64,000 nt of DNA from Hypanus sabinus. Its lineage: Eukaryota. Under the pieces are notes generated by a model, which worked only from the letters and a program-made list of their open reading frames with translations, searched no databases and had not been told where the DNA came from. Positions within the stretch are counted from its first letter, which is position 1; the number at the start of each line of letters is the position of its first letter. Positions 13,261-27,299 of this stretch are shown in pieces. The translations under genes were made by a program, and so were the position numbers. The DNA lies in contig NC_082714.1 in the NCBI RefSeq assembly GCF_030144855.1, positions 59,644,001 to 59,708,000 on the forward strand. The letters are read 5' to 3'.

Positions 13261-16200
13261 CAATATCCAACATCTCCTAATCACCCATCTAACTGCACTC
13301 CAGTTCCAACAATGTTCCCTCCATCACCCAATAGTGTTCCCTCCAACAACCAACAATGTTCCCTCAAACACCGAACAATGTACCCTCCAACACTCAATAA
13401 TGAGCCATCAGTCACCCATCTAACTGCACTCGAACACGCAACATGCCATCCAACATCCGACAATATGCCCTCCAACCCCCAATAACATTCCCTCCATCAC
13501 TCAACAACTTTCCCTCCAACACCCAAACAACATGCTCTCCAAAACCCAGTTGCATTCCCGCCAACACATAACAATGTGACTTGCAACACCAAACAAGCTG
13601 CCCTACAATACCCAATAATCTTCCCTCCAACAGCCAACAATTAACAACATGCTATCCAACACCCAAAAATGTGCCCTCCAATATCCAAAAACACCCCCTC
13701 CAACACTCATCTAACTGCACCCCAACACTGAACAACATGTCTACCAACACCCAACATTGTGCACTCCAATACCCAGCAACGTTCCCTCCAGCACCCAACA
13801 ACATGCCCTAAAACATCCAACATGCGCTGAAGCACCCAACATACCACCCAGCATCCAACATACCAGCCAACAGCCAGCTATGCACCCTCCAATACTGAAC
13901 AACGTAACCTCCAAGACTCAAACACCCAACATGACCCCAACAGCCAACATGTCTTCCCTCGCCCATCTAACTACAAACGTTTGTACATCCAGCACTCAAT
14001 AGTGCTCCCTCCAACACCGAACAGCCAACAACGTGTCCTTCAATACCCAACTAACATGCACTCCAACACCAACTAATGCTCCCTGCAGCACAGAATAATG
14101 TGCCCTCCAATACCAAACAATATGCCATGTAACACCCTATAATGATCCCCCAACACCCAATAATGTGCCATCCAATTCCCAATAATGTGAACTCTAACAT
14201 CCATCACTGTTCCTTCCAACACCCAAAAACATGCCCTCAAACACCCAACGTGCCCTTCAACATCTGACATGACCTCCATTAACCATCTGACTGCATGGTA
14301 ACACCATGAAATGAGCACTCCAACAGACAATGTTCCCTCCAACATGCCCTGCGAAACCCATTAATGTGCTATCCAATAGCAACAACGCAAACTCTAACAT
14401 CCACCAATGTTCCCTCCAACACCCAACAACATGCTCTAAATCACCCAGCATGCCTTCAAACATCCATTGTGCCCCTCAACATCTGACATGCTCTCCACCA
14501 ACCATCTGGCCTCACTATAAACCCATGAAATGAGCACTCCAACGCACAACAGCGTTGCCTCCAACACCCAACAACATGCCCTCCAATAGCCAACAACATG
14601 CCCTCCAACAGCCAACAACATGCCCTGCAAAACCCAACAACATTTCCCTCAACACCCAACAACGTTCTCTCAAACATCCAGCAACGTGCCCCCCAACACT
14701 CATCTAACTGCACTCCAACACCCAACAACATGCCTACCAACACCCAACAGCATTCCCTTCAGCATGCAGCAATGTGCCCTAAATCATCCAGCTTGCCTTC
14801 AAATACCCAACGTGCCCCTCAACACCGGACATGCTCTCCACCAACCATCTGGCCGCACTATAAACCCATGAAATGAGTCCTCCAACACACAACAACATTC
14901 CCTGCAAAACCCAACAACATGCCCTGCAACACCCTGTAATGTTCTCATCAACGTCCAACAACTTGCCCTCCAACACACAACACGCCCTGCAAAACCCAAT
15001 AACATTTCCCCCAACACCCAACAACATTCTCTCAAACATCTAGTAGCATGCCCTCCAACACCAACAATGTGCCCTTCAACACCCATCTAACTGCACTCCA
15101 ACATACAACAATGTGCCTACCAACACACATTTCCTTCCAACACCCAACAACTTGCCCCCCATCATCCAAAAACATTCCTTGCAACACCCAACAACGTTCC
15201 CTCCAGCACACAATAATGTGCCGTCAAACAATCAACAAATTCTCCTCAAACACCCAACAAGCCCTTAAACACACAACATGTCCTCCATCACCTATCTAAC
15301 TGCATGCCAAAACACAACAATGTTCCCTTCAATACTCAACAATGCACCTGCCAACACCCAAAAATGTGCCCACAAACACCCAACATGCCCCCAAGCACCT
15401 AATGTGCCCTCTGTTGCCAACTAACTGCAACTAACACAACAATAAGCTCTCAAACATAACTCTAACTGCGCTCAAATACCCAATGTGCCACCCAGTGCCC
15501 TACAAAATGTTCTCCAACTTCTAACAATATATTCTGCAACAGCCAGAACGTGCACTTCAAGACCCAACAAATACGTCATCAAATATCCAATGTGGTATGA
15601 AACAACAAAAACCCGGCTCTCCACCCAACTTGCTTTTCATCATCCAAAACGAGCCCTCCAACACCCAACAACATGCCCTCCAATGCCCAACCACATGCCC
15701 TCCAACATCCAAGGTGCACTCCAACATCTGACACCAACTATCTAACCGCACTACAAATCTTACCAATGTGCATTCCAACACCCATGAATACGCCAACAAA
15801 ATCCCAACATGCCCCCAAACACCCAAGGTGCCCCCAATCCAACATGCATCCATCAACCATGTAACTGCCCACAAAACCCAACAATTTGTATTCCAACACC
15901 CAACAGCATGTTCCCACTCGATAACATTCCCTACAATACGCACAACGTGCCCACCGATGTCCAACACCCAACAACGTTCCCTCAAACATCCAACAACGTG
16001 CCCTCCAACAGCTAGTAAAATACCCTAAAGAAGTCAACAACATGCCTTGCAACACCCATCAACATTCCCTTCAATGCCAAAAACATACCCTGCAGCACCC
16101 ATCTAACTGCACCCCAACAACGTGCTGTCAAACACCCAACATCCCAAGCAACACCGAAGCACATGTTCTTAACCCAATAACGTTCCCTAAAACCCCAACA

Positions 16201-17705
16201 ACGGGTTCTCAAACACCCAACCAGCCTCAAAACACTCAACGCCCTCTAACGCCCAAAAACGTGCTGTCAAACACCCAAAGTACCTCAGACACCCAATGTG
16301 CTCTCAAATACCGAAAATGCCATCCAACATCCAACATTCCCTCTATCATCCATCTAACTGCACTCCAACACATGACAGCTTCTCCTTGAACACCCAACAG
16401 TATTCTCTCCGAAACCCAAGAATTTTCCCCCCAGCTCCCAACAATGTTCCCACAGTCAACAACGTGGCCTCCAACATGAAACAACATGCCCAGCAACAAC
16501 AAATAATGAACCTTCAAATACCCATCTAACTTAAGTTGAACACTCAATGTGCCATCCAACCCCAACAACATGCTCTGCAACACCTAACAATGTTCACTCC
16601 AACATCCACCAACGTGTCCTCCAAAACCCAACAGTGTTCCTTCCATCAGCCAATAACACGCCATCCAACGCCCAACAACTTTCCATCCAAAACCCAGCAA
16701 TGTTTCCCCAACACCCAACAATGTCCTCAACAACCCAACAACATTAAATCCAACACCCAACAATGTTCCCTCCAATATCCAGCAGCATGCCGTCAAACAC
16801 CTAACATGCCAAGCAACACCGAAGAATGTGTTCTCCAACCAATGTGTCCTCCAACACCCAACAACATTCCCTAAAAACCCAACCACGCGTCCTCATACAT
16901 CCAACAAGCCCTGAAACACCCAATGTGCTGACCAACACCAAGCATGCCCTCCAACACCCAACTAACTCCTCCAACTCCCAACAACATGCCCAGCAACACC
17001 CAGCTCCATCCCCTCTAACACCCATGTGACCTCCAACTCACAACTTCGTGCCCTCCAGCCCCCGATAACGTGCCCTCCTGCAACCAGCAATGTTTCATTA
17101 AACAATCAGCAACATGTCCTGCAACACCCAACAATGTGCCTTCTAGCACCTAATAATGAGCCTTCAAACACCCTTTTACCAGTACTTGAACAACCAATGT
17201 GCCCTCCAACGTCCAGCAATATGCCCTGCAACATCCAGCAACGTGCACGTCAGCATCCCCCAACCACATTCCCTCCAGAAGCTAACAATGCTCCCACCAA
17301 CCGCACTTCAACACACACAACGTGCATTCCATCACCCCAAAATGTTCCCTCCAATACCCTACAATGAGCCATCAAATACCAAACATGCCCTTCAGCATCC
17401 AAAATACACTCCATCACTCATCTGACTACACGAGCCCAATAATGTTTCCACCAACATCTGACAATGTGCCCTGCAACACTCAACAACTTTTCCTTCAACA
17501 CCCAACAACGTGCCCTCCAACGCCCATCTAACTGCCCTCCAACACCCGTTTAACTGCCATCAAGCACCGAACGAGACCTCCAACACCTAGTACTGAGCCC
17601 CCACACACACATCTAACTGCACTCATACACCCAATGTGCCATCCAACATTTGACTACATGCCCTGCAATACCCAGCAACATGCACACAAGCACTCAACAA
17701 CATGT

Positions 17706-18135
17706 TGTCACTTTATCACAATCACAGATTTGGCAGCACAGTAGATATGGCAATTGCACTCGTGACTATGCACATGTCAGCTAATTATGATTTCATTGTG
17801 ATGGTACTTAACTTCATTCTTTTTGTTGTAGCACTTGTCGAGACATGAGCAAAGCACAGCAATGTTTCGCTGCCTACTTGCATTCGGCCTTGCCTTAGAA
17901 ATTGGACTGTCGAGTCAACTAACTCTGAAGGCTAGTGGTGTTTGTTTTATATTTAGTTATTCCTTTAAGCCGCAGTGTTGACTTTGTTTTCCATTTCAGG
18001 GTTATAGCTAGTGGCTGTTTGACTGAGCATTTATTGTTTTCTTTTCCCTGTAACTCTGTTTGCATTGAAGTCTGTGAACCATTGACCTGTTTGTGTTTCT
18101 CACTTTGACTTGGGCCATATCTGAACATAGTGATA
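17706..18135 (+). mobile_element. Probable solo LTR (~430 bp)
   Basis: Non-satellite insert with inverted termini TGTCACT...AGTGATA (1 mismatch), a T-rich 3' half and a polyA-signal-like ATTGAA at ~18064; no clear TSD. Confidence 0.55.
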
Positions 18136-18149
18136 CGCCCAACATGCCA

Positions 18150-20035
18150 TCCAACACCCAACAACGTTCTCTCAAACACCCAATGATGTTCCCTCCAACA
18201 CCCAACAACGTTCTCTCAAAAACCCAATGATGTTCCCTCCAACACCCAACAACGTTCTCTCAAACACCCAATGATGTTCCCTCCAACACCCAACAACGTT
18301 CTCTCAAACACCCAATGATGTTCCCTCCAACAGCCAACAACGTTCTCTCAAACACCCAATGATGTTCCCTCCAACACCCAGCAACGTTCTCTCAAACACC
18401 CAATGATGTTCCCTCCAACAGCCAGCAACGTTCTCTCAAACACCCAATGATGTTCCCTCCAACAGCCAGCAACGTTCTCTCTAACACCCAATGATGTTCC
18501 CTCCAACAGCCAGCAACGTTCTCTCAAACACCCAATGATGTTCCCTCCAACACCCAACAACGTTCTCTCTAACACCCAATGATGTTCCCTCCAATACCCA
18601 ACAACGTTCTCTCTAACACCCAATGATGTTCCCTCCAACAGCCAGCAACGTTCTCTCAAACACCCAATGATGTTCCCTCCAACACCCAACAACGTTCTCT
18701 CAAACACCCAATGATGTTCCCTCCAACAGCCAGCAACGTTCTCTCAAACACCCAATGATGTTCCCTCCAACAGCCAGCAACGTTCTCTTTAACACCCAAT
18801 GATGTTCCCTCCAACACCCAGCAACGTTCTCTCCAACACCCAACAACGTTCTCTCAAACACCCAATGATGTTCCCTCCAACAGCCAGCAACGTTCTCTCT
18901 AACACCCAATGATGTTCCCTCCAACACCCAGCAACGTTCTCTCCAACACCCAACAACGTTCTCTCAAACACCCAATGATGTTCCCTCCAACAGCCAGCAA
19001 CGTTCTCTCAAACACCCAATGATGTTCCCTCCAACACCCAACAACGTTCTCTCAAACACCCAATGATGTTCCCTCAAACAGCCAGCAACGTTCTCTCAAA
19101 CACCCAATGATGTTCCCTCCAACAGCCAGCAACGTTCTCTCCAACACCCAACAAGGTTCTCTCAAACACCCAATGATGTTCCCTCCAACAGCCAGCAACG
19201 TTCTCTCAAACACCCAATGATGTTCCCTCCAACAGCCAGCAACATTCTCTCAAACACCCAATGATGTTCCCTCCAACAGCCAGCAACGTTCTCTCAAACA
19301 CCCAATGATGTTCCCTCCAACAGCCAGCAACGTTCTCTCAAACACCCAACAACGTTCTCTCAAACACCCAATGATGTTCCCTCCAACAGCCAGCAACGTT
19401 CTCTCCAACACCCAACAACGTTCTCTCAAACACCCAATGATGTTCCCTCCAACAGCCAGCAACGTTCTCTCTAACACCCAATGATGTTCCCTCCAACAGC
19501 CAGCAACGTTTTCTCCAACACCCAACAACGTTCTCTCAAACACCCAATGATGTTCCCTCCAACAGCCAGCAACGTTCTCTCAAACACCCAATGATGTTCC
19601 CTCCAACAGCCAGCAACGTTCTCTCAAACACCCAATGATGTTCCCTCCAACAGCCAGCAACGTTCTCTCAAACCACCAATGATGTTCCCTCCAACAGCCA
19701 GCAACGTTTTCTCCAACACCCAACAACGTTCTCTCAAACACCCAATGATGTTCCCTCCAACAGCCAGCAACGTTCTCTCAAACACCCAATGATGTTCCCT
19801 CCAACAGCCAGCAACATTCTCTCAAACACCCAATGATGTTCCCTCCAACACCCAGCAACGTTCTCTCAAACACCCAATGATGTTCCCTCCAACACCCAGC
19901 AACGTTCTCTCAAACACCCAATGATGTTCCCTCCAACAGCCAGCAACGTTCTCTCAAACACCCAATGATGTTCCCTCCAACAACCAGCAACATTCTCTCA
20001 AACACCCAATGATGTTCCCTCCAACAGCCAGCAAC
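18150..20035. repeat. Highly homogeneous 44-bp (2x22) sub-array with occasional 66-bp units
   Basis: Unit CAACGTTCTCTCAAACACCCAATGATGTTCCCTCCAACA(C/G)CCA(A/G), roughly 40 near-identical copies. Confidence 0.97.
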
Positions 20036-22870
20036 GTGCCCTCCAATTCTCAACAAAGTGCCATCCAACACCCAACAATATGCCCTCCAATATCCATCTA
20101 GCTGCTCTGCAACACCCAACAATGTTTCCTCTGACATCCACCCAGCAATGTGCAACCTAACATGCCCTCAAACACCCAAAATTCCCTCCATCACCCATCT
20201 GATTGCACTCAACAACTTCCCTCAAACACCAAACCACTTTCCATCAAACACACAATGTTCCTTCCAAAACCCAATAATGTTTCCACCAACATCTAACAAA
20301 GTGCCCTACAACTCCCATGTAAATGCATTCCAACATACAACAACTTTCCCTCAAACACCCATCTAACTGCCCCCAACACCCAACAACATTTCCTCAAACA
20401 CCCAACAGTGTTTCCTCCAATAGCCAGCAAGGTGTCCTTCTACACCCAGCAATGTTTCATTAAACAACCAACATGCCCTGCAACACCCAGCAATGTTCCC
20501 TCTGTCTCCCAGCATCATGTTCTCAAACAGCCAACATGCCCATCAACATCCAAAAGGCCCTCCATCACTCATCTGTTTGCACTCGACAACTTTCCCTCAA
20601 AGATCCAACAACTTTCTCTCGAACACCCAATAACGTTCTCTCAAACACCCAACAACTTTCTCTCGAACACCCAACAATGTTCCAGCCAAAACCCTGTAAC
20701 GTCTCCAGAAACACCCAGCAACGTGCCCTCCAACACCCAACAACGTTTCCTGCAACATCAACCAACATAAACTTTAACACCCAGCAACATGCAATCCAAC
20801 ACCCAACAACATTCCCTCCACCACCCAACAACGTATGCTCAAACACCCAACGTGCCCTCCATCACTCATCTGACTGCACTTGACAACTTTCTGTTGAATA
20901 CCCAAAAACATTCCAGCCAAAACCCTATAACATTTCCACCAACACCCATCTAAATGCCCTACAACACCCAACAACTTTCCTTCCAACACCCAAAAATGTT
21001 TCCTCCAACATCCACCAACATACACTTTAATACCTAGCAACGTGCAATCCAACACCCAACAACGTACCCTTCACCACTACCTTCAAAATGCTCTCCCACC
21101 GAGATCCTTTCACCACTCAAAAATGTGCTCTCAAACATCCAACATCCAAAATACCCTCCGTCACGCATCTGACTGCACTAGACAACTTTCCCTCAAACAC
21201 CAAACAACTTTCCCTCAAACACCAAACAACTTTCTCTCGAACACCAAACAACTTTCTATCGAACACAGAACAATGTCTCTTCCAAAAAACACACCTGACA
21301 TGTTCTCAAACACACATCGTGCCCTCCAACATCTGATAACGTTCCCACCAACACCCAACAATGCCTGCTCCCAACACGTGACAACGTTCCCTGCAACACC
21401 TTACAACATGCCCTGCGACAAACAGCAACATGTCCCCCAAAACCCGATAACATCCCTGCAACACTCAAAAGCATGCCATGCAATGACCAACAACATTCCC
21501 TCCAAATCCCAATGGCGTGCCCTCAAACACCCAACATGCCTACAAACAACCAACTTGTTCCCCAGCATTCAGCATGCCTTCCATCACCCATCTAACTGCA
21601 CTCCAACACTCAACAGTATGCGGCTGCAACAGACAATGTCATGCCCGCAAACTTCCAACAATGTTCCTTACTACATGCAACAACGTGGTCTCCAACACCC
21701 AACAACCTGTCCTGCAATATGCAACAATGTTTCCTCCAATAACATGCCCTGCAATACCTAACAACTTTCCCTCAATTACACAACAATGTTCAATCAAACT
21801 TCCAACTTGCCGTCAAGCACACAATGTTCCATCCAACCCCCAACAGTGTGCACTGCACCACACAATAATGTGTCATTGAACACTCAAGAAAGATCCCTCC
21901 AACACCCAACAACGTGTCCTGCAACACCCAACCATATGCCTTCCAACATCAAACAACATGCCTTCCAACAGTCAATGTGCTGTCCACACCCAGTAACATT
22001 CCAGGCAAAGCCCAACAGCATGCCCTCAAACACCCAAATGTACTCAAATGGCCAATGTACCCCCAACACTGAACAATGTGCCCTCCATCCAACGTGCCCT
22101 ACAACACCCAACAACTTTCCCTCCAACATCCGACAACATTCCCTTAAACACCCAACATGCCCTTTAATTCCCAATGTGTCTCAAACACCCAAGATGCCCT
22201 CAAGCTGCCAACCTGCACACAAACACTGAATGTGCACTCCAACGTCACACTGCACTCTACCACTCAACAAATTTCCATTAAACACCCAACAAGGTGCCTC
22301 CAACTCCAAACAATGTGCCATCAAACACCCAAAATGTCCTTAAATACCCAACATGCCCGCAAACACGCACCATACACTCAAACATCAAACAAGTTCCAAC
22401 ATCCAACAAGTTCTCCATCACATATCTAACTGCACTCCAACACCCAACAACTTTCTCTCAAACACCCCACAACATTCCCTTCAAAACCCAACAGCATACC
22501 CTCAAACATCCATCATATCTTCCAACAACCAACGTTCCCCTCAGTATCTAGAATGCCCTTCATCACCCAACTACCTGCAGTCCAACACCCAGCAACATGC
22601 CCTCTAACACCCAAGGTACCCTCAACATCCACACACCCTCTATCACCAATCAAACTGCACTCCAACACCCGCAGTGTCCCCTCCAACACAGAAACAATGT
22701 TCCCTCAAACATCCTACATCTCTACCTCCAACACCCAACAATGTTCCTTCAGACACCCAATAGGTTCCCTCAAACACCCAACATACCCTAAGCACACAAG
22801 GTTCTGTCTAACACCCACAACGTGTGCTGCAACATATAATAATGTACTCTTGAACACTCAAGAACATTCC

Positions 22871-23515
22871 ATAAGGCATAGGAGCAGAATTAGGCCATCT
22901 GGCCCAGTGAGTCTGCTCCACCATTCAATCATGGCTGATCATTTTTTTTCTCCTCTTCATCCCCAATTCCCGGCCTACTGCCCATAACCTTTGATGCCAA
23001 AACCAATCAATAACGTATCAATCTCTGCCTTAAATACACCCAACGACCTGACCTCCATAGATGCATGTGGCAACAAATTCCACTAATTCACCACCCTCGG
23101 GCCAAAGAAATTTCTCCACATCTCTGATTTGAAAGGGTGCCACTTTATCCTGAGGCTGTGTTCTCTTGTCTTACACTCTCCTACCATGGGAAACTTCCTT
23201 TCAATGCCGTCTAGGCTTTTCAACATTCGAAAGGTTTCAGTGAGATCCCCCCCACCCCCCATCATCCTTCTGAATTCCACAGAGTACAGACTCAGAACCA
23301 TCAAACGTACCACACATGATAACCCTTTCATTCATGGAATCATGCTTGTGAACCTCCTCTGGACCCTCTCCAATGCCAGCACATCTTTTCTAAGATGAGA
23401 GGCCCTAAACTGTTCATAATACTCAACGTGAGGCCTCACCATTTCCTTATAAAGCCTCAGCATCGCATCCCTGCTCTTGTATTCTAGACCTTTTGAAATG
23501 AATGCTAGCCTTCCT
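22871..23515 (-). mobile_element. CR1 LINE 3' fragment
   Basis: ORF 23083-23331 (LYSVEFRRM..GDLTETFRMLK..TREHSLRIK); 3'UTR signature ataggagcagaattaggcca. Confidence 0.92.
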
Positions 23516-23689
23516 CAACACCCAACAATGCACGTTGCAATACACTAGAACGTGCTCTGAAACACCCAATAACATGCCCTCCAGCACACAATATACTCTC
23601 CATTACCCATCTTACATCCAACAACCTACAATGTTTCCTCCAACACCCAATAACATGCCCACCAAACACCCAACAATGTGCCCTCCAAC

Positions 23690-24240
23690 TTCCAACAATG
23701 TACCTGCCAACACCCAACAACACACCCTTCGACACCCAACAACGTGCCCTTCAACATCCAACAAGGTGACCTCCAACAACCAACAACATACCCTTCAACA
23801 ATCAACAATGTACCCTCCAACACCCAAAAACGTACCCGCCAACACCCAACAACATACCCTTCAACACTCAACAACATACCCGCCAACACCCAATGACATA
23901 CCCTTCAACAATCAACAATGTACCCTCCAACACCCAACAACGTACCCGCCAACACCCAACAACATACCCTTCAACACTCAACAACATACCCGCCAACACC
24001 CAACAACATACCCTTCAACACTCAACAACATACCCGCCAACACCCAATGACATACCCTTCAACACTCAACAACATACCCGCCAACACCCAATGACATACC
24101 CTTCAACACTCAACAACATACCCGCCAACACCCAATGACATAACCTTCAACACTCAACAACATACCCGCCAACACCCAATGACATACCCTTCAACACTCA
24201 ACAACGTGCCCTTCAACATCCAACAAGGTGACCTCCAACA
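23690..24240. repeat. Homogenised 44-bp sub-array (second variant)
   Basis: Unit CAACACCCAA(C/T)(A/G)ACATACCCTTCAACACTCAACAACATACCCGC repeated. Confidence 0.9.
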
Positions 24241-25514
24241 CTCATCTAACTGTACTCCAACACCAACAATCTGCACTTCAACATCCAACGTGCCTTCAAA
24301 CACCCAACATACTCCAATACCCAACAACTTTCCTCCAAGACCCAAAAGGTGCCCTCTGACACTCAACAACGTGCCCTCCAACTCTCAAGGATCTGCACTC
24401 CAACATGCAATGATCTACATTCCAGCACCCATTGATCCCAATGAACTGTGTTCCAAGCCTAACCCCCACGCTCAAGCACCATCAATTTGCACACCACTAG
24501 CCAATGAACTTTGCTCAGACACCTAATAAGTTATGCCCCAATATCCAATTATCAGCCCAATGAATTGAACTCGGGTATCCAATGATCTGAACTCCAACAG
24601 CCTTACTGATATCAAAACATTCTGGGATAATCCGTAAGTGATACCAACACTCTATGTACCAACAAATGCACTTCATATTCAATGTTCTCCATGTTGATAG
24701 CAAACATTCTGCACTCAGAATGCCTCACTTTGTAAGGTGATGCCGGCAATCTGTGCTTCAATACGCAGCCATCTGTGCACAAATATTCACTGTTCTGTGT
24801 GCCAATATCAAACGCTCTGTCTGGTGAGGTCAGCACTCTTTTCACTGACAGCCTTACTTTGAACTCCACCAATGCTCTGACATGCCAACAACACAACACT
24901 ATTTGAGCAATGGCTGTGATTCTGATATCAAGTGGTCTGACGTGCTATCAACGGTCTGTGCACTCCGCAATCCCACAGCTATGTTTAGCGCCAATACTAA
25001 ACTCTTTATGGAGATATCAAACACCCAGTGTATGACATAGCCTGATAACAGCCCTTCGTGCTTTCTTCGCTTCCATATCAAGTTTGATACAAACCCTATT
25101 CGGCACTCTGATAGCAATGTTCTGCGTTGCGATAGAAGCGCCATGTTGTGTGATCTCCGCACTATGTGCGGTCCGATGCTGAGGGCTGTTCGCTCCCAAT
25201 CTCCCAATTTGATGTCAACCGCTCGGCTTGGCGGTATCAGCGCTCTGCGTTCCAATAAACACTATTAAGGACTATGTAAACATTCTGTGCGCAGATTTGC
25301 AACACTCTCCACTTTGCTATCAAATGCACTCTAAAGTTGGATACTGATCGTAAGACACTTAGTGATGACATCAACGCTCTGCACGCCCACAACACGCTGC
25401 AGCAGGATAACGACGCTCATGTTAACCATCCCTCGCTAAGGCTCCAGTGCACCGTTCTTTGCTCGGAAGACAGGGAACCGTTCGCACTCCCACACCTCGG
25501 TTCTAGGCCCTCTA

Positions 25515-25785
25515 GAGTAATATCAAAATTCATTATTGTTTATTGTCATTCTGCAGTACACGAGTGTAAAGGAAAACGAAATGATTGTTACTCTGGATCT
25601 GATGCATCTTAAAAAATACAATAAGCTCTAAAAACACAAATGTAAGTACGACAGCTACCCTCTGAAACACCATGTACAAGTATTACCGAATGTACATCAG
25701 ATTAGTTTATTTCCATAGACTGATATTAGATGCAGGAGTACCTGGACACAACGCGACTTTGACAGGGAATGATACGGTGACAAAG
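25515..25785 (-). mobile_element. Short retroposon 3' tail (same family as 60555-60820)
   Basis: Shares aaagga.aa.gaaat.attgttact.tggatc..atgca, aca.taag and tgacagg.aatgata blocks with 60555-60820. Confidence 0.7.
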
Positions 25786-25994
25786 TGACTCTTGGCGAGA
25801 GGAACTCTTCGAGTAGCAGCGGGGCATTTGAGGACAGTGATTGTCATAGGTAAGAGATGTGGAGTGTAGCGTAAGATGGCAGTGCGTTGTGGAATAAAGG
25901 ATGGTGAGCGGTTTATGTGGATGTAGTTGTGGTGGTGGGGGTGGGACCGTTAAAGGATCGCCTTTGAGTCTGGTCGTACTGCTTGCCCAGTAGC

Positions 25995-27299
25995 ACCCAC
26001 ATCTACAGTGATGAGATGCTTTGCGAGGTTGGTCATGCCTCAGCAAGGACCTGGACCCACTGCAATTTGCCTGTCGCCACAATAGATCAACGAAAGCCGC
26101 AATCTCAATGGCTCTACGCACGGCCTTAGACGACCTGGACAATACAAACACCTGTGACAGGATGCAGTTCATCGACTATAGCTCAGCGTTTAACACTATC
26201 ATTCCCACAGTCCTGAGTGAGAAGTTACAGAACCTGGGTCTCTGTACCTCCCTCTGCAATGGGATCCTCGACTTCCTGAGCGGAAGACCACAATCTGTGC
26301 GGATTGGTGATAATATCTCCTCCTCGCTGAAGATCAGCACTGGTGCACCTCAGGTGTGTGTGCTTAGCCACTGCTCTACTCTCTCTATACACATAACAGT
26401 GTGGCTAGGCATGGCTCAAATACCATCTATAAGTTGGCTGATGATACAACCATTGTTGGTAGAACCTCTGATGGAGGCGAAAGGGCGTCCAGAGCGAGAT
26501 ATGTCAACGAGTGGAATGGAGTCGCAGCAACAACATCAGTCAGAAGAAAGATGATTGTGGACTTCAGGAAGGGTAAGACGAAGGAACGCATACCAATCCT
26601 CATAGAAGGGGCAGTTTCAAGTTTCCTGGTGTCAAGATCTCTGAGGACCTAACCTGGTCCCAACGTACCGTTGCAGCTATAAAGAAGGCAAGACAGCGAC
26701 TATACTTAATTAAGAGTTTGAAGGGATTTGGTATGTTAACAGAAACATTCAAAAACTTCTTTAGTTATACCGTGGAGAGCATTCTGACGGGCTGCATCAC
26801 TGTCTGGTATGGGGGTAGGTGAGGGGCTACTGCACAGGACCGAAAGAAGCTGCAAAGGGTCATAAATTTAGCCGGCTCCATCTTGGGTTCTAGCGTACAA
26901 AGCATCCAGGACATCTTCAAGGAGCGGTGTCTCAGAAAGGCAGCGTCCATTATTAAGGACCTCCAGCACCCAGGACATGTTACCACTGTTACCAGCAGGT
27001 TGGAGATACAGAGGCCTGAAGGCACAAACATAGCAATTCAGGAAAAGCTTCTTCCCCTCTGCCATCCGATTCCTAAATGGACATTGAACTCGTGAACACT
27101 ACCTCACTTTTACAGTACATATTATCTCTGTTTTTACAAGATTTTTAATCTATTCAATATACGTATGCTGTAATAGATTTATTTATTTATTTTTTTTATT
27201 ATTTTTTTTTCCTTCTTCTACATTACGTATTGCATTGAATTGCTGCTGCTAAGTTTAAAAATTTCAGGACACATGCCGGTGATAATAAACCTGATCCTG
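25995..27299 (+). mobile_element. Rex1/Babar LINE 3' portion
   Basis: ORF 26021-26554 has [33 protein letters not shown]; then YKLADDTT and CLRKAASIIKD; tail gataataaacctgat. Confidence 0.92.

Larger units (their letters stand above)
3416..24520. repeat. Large degenerate C/A-rich satellite, ~22-bp monomer (consensus approximately CCAACACCCAACAACATGCCCT), interrupted by TEs
   Basis: Continuous recurrence of caacacccaacaacatgccctc variants with strong G depletion on the + strand; source of dozens of overlapping P/T/N/Q/H-rich pseudo-ORFs. Confidence 0.95.

Noticed and set aside
3416-24520. Telomeric array or immunoglobulin switch region
   Set aside because: No tandem CCCTAA, no AGCT-dense pentamer units, and no Ig exons seen.
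3525-24526. Dozens of P/T/N/Q/H-rich (+) and G/V/L/C/W-rich (-) ORFs as mucin- or keratin-like genes
   Set aside because: They overlap in all six frames and arise from a 22-bp (non-triplet) satellite; no splice structure or domain is recognisable.
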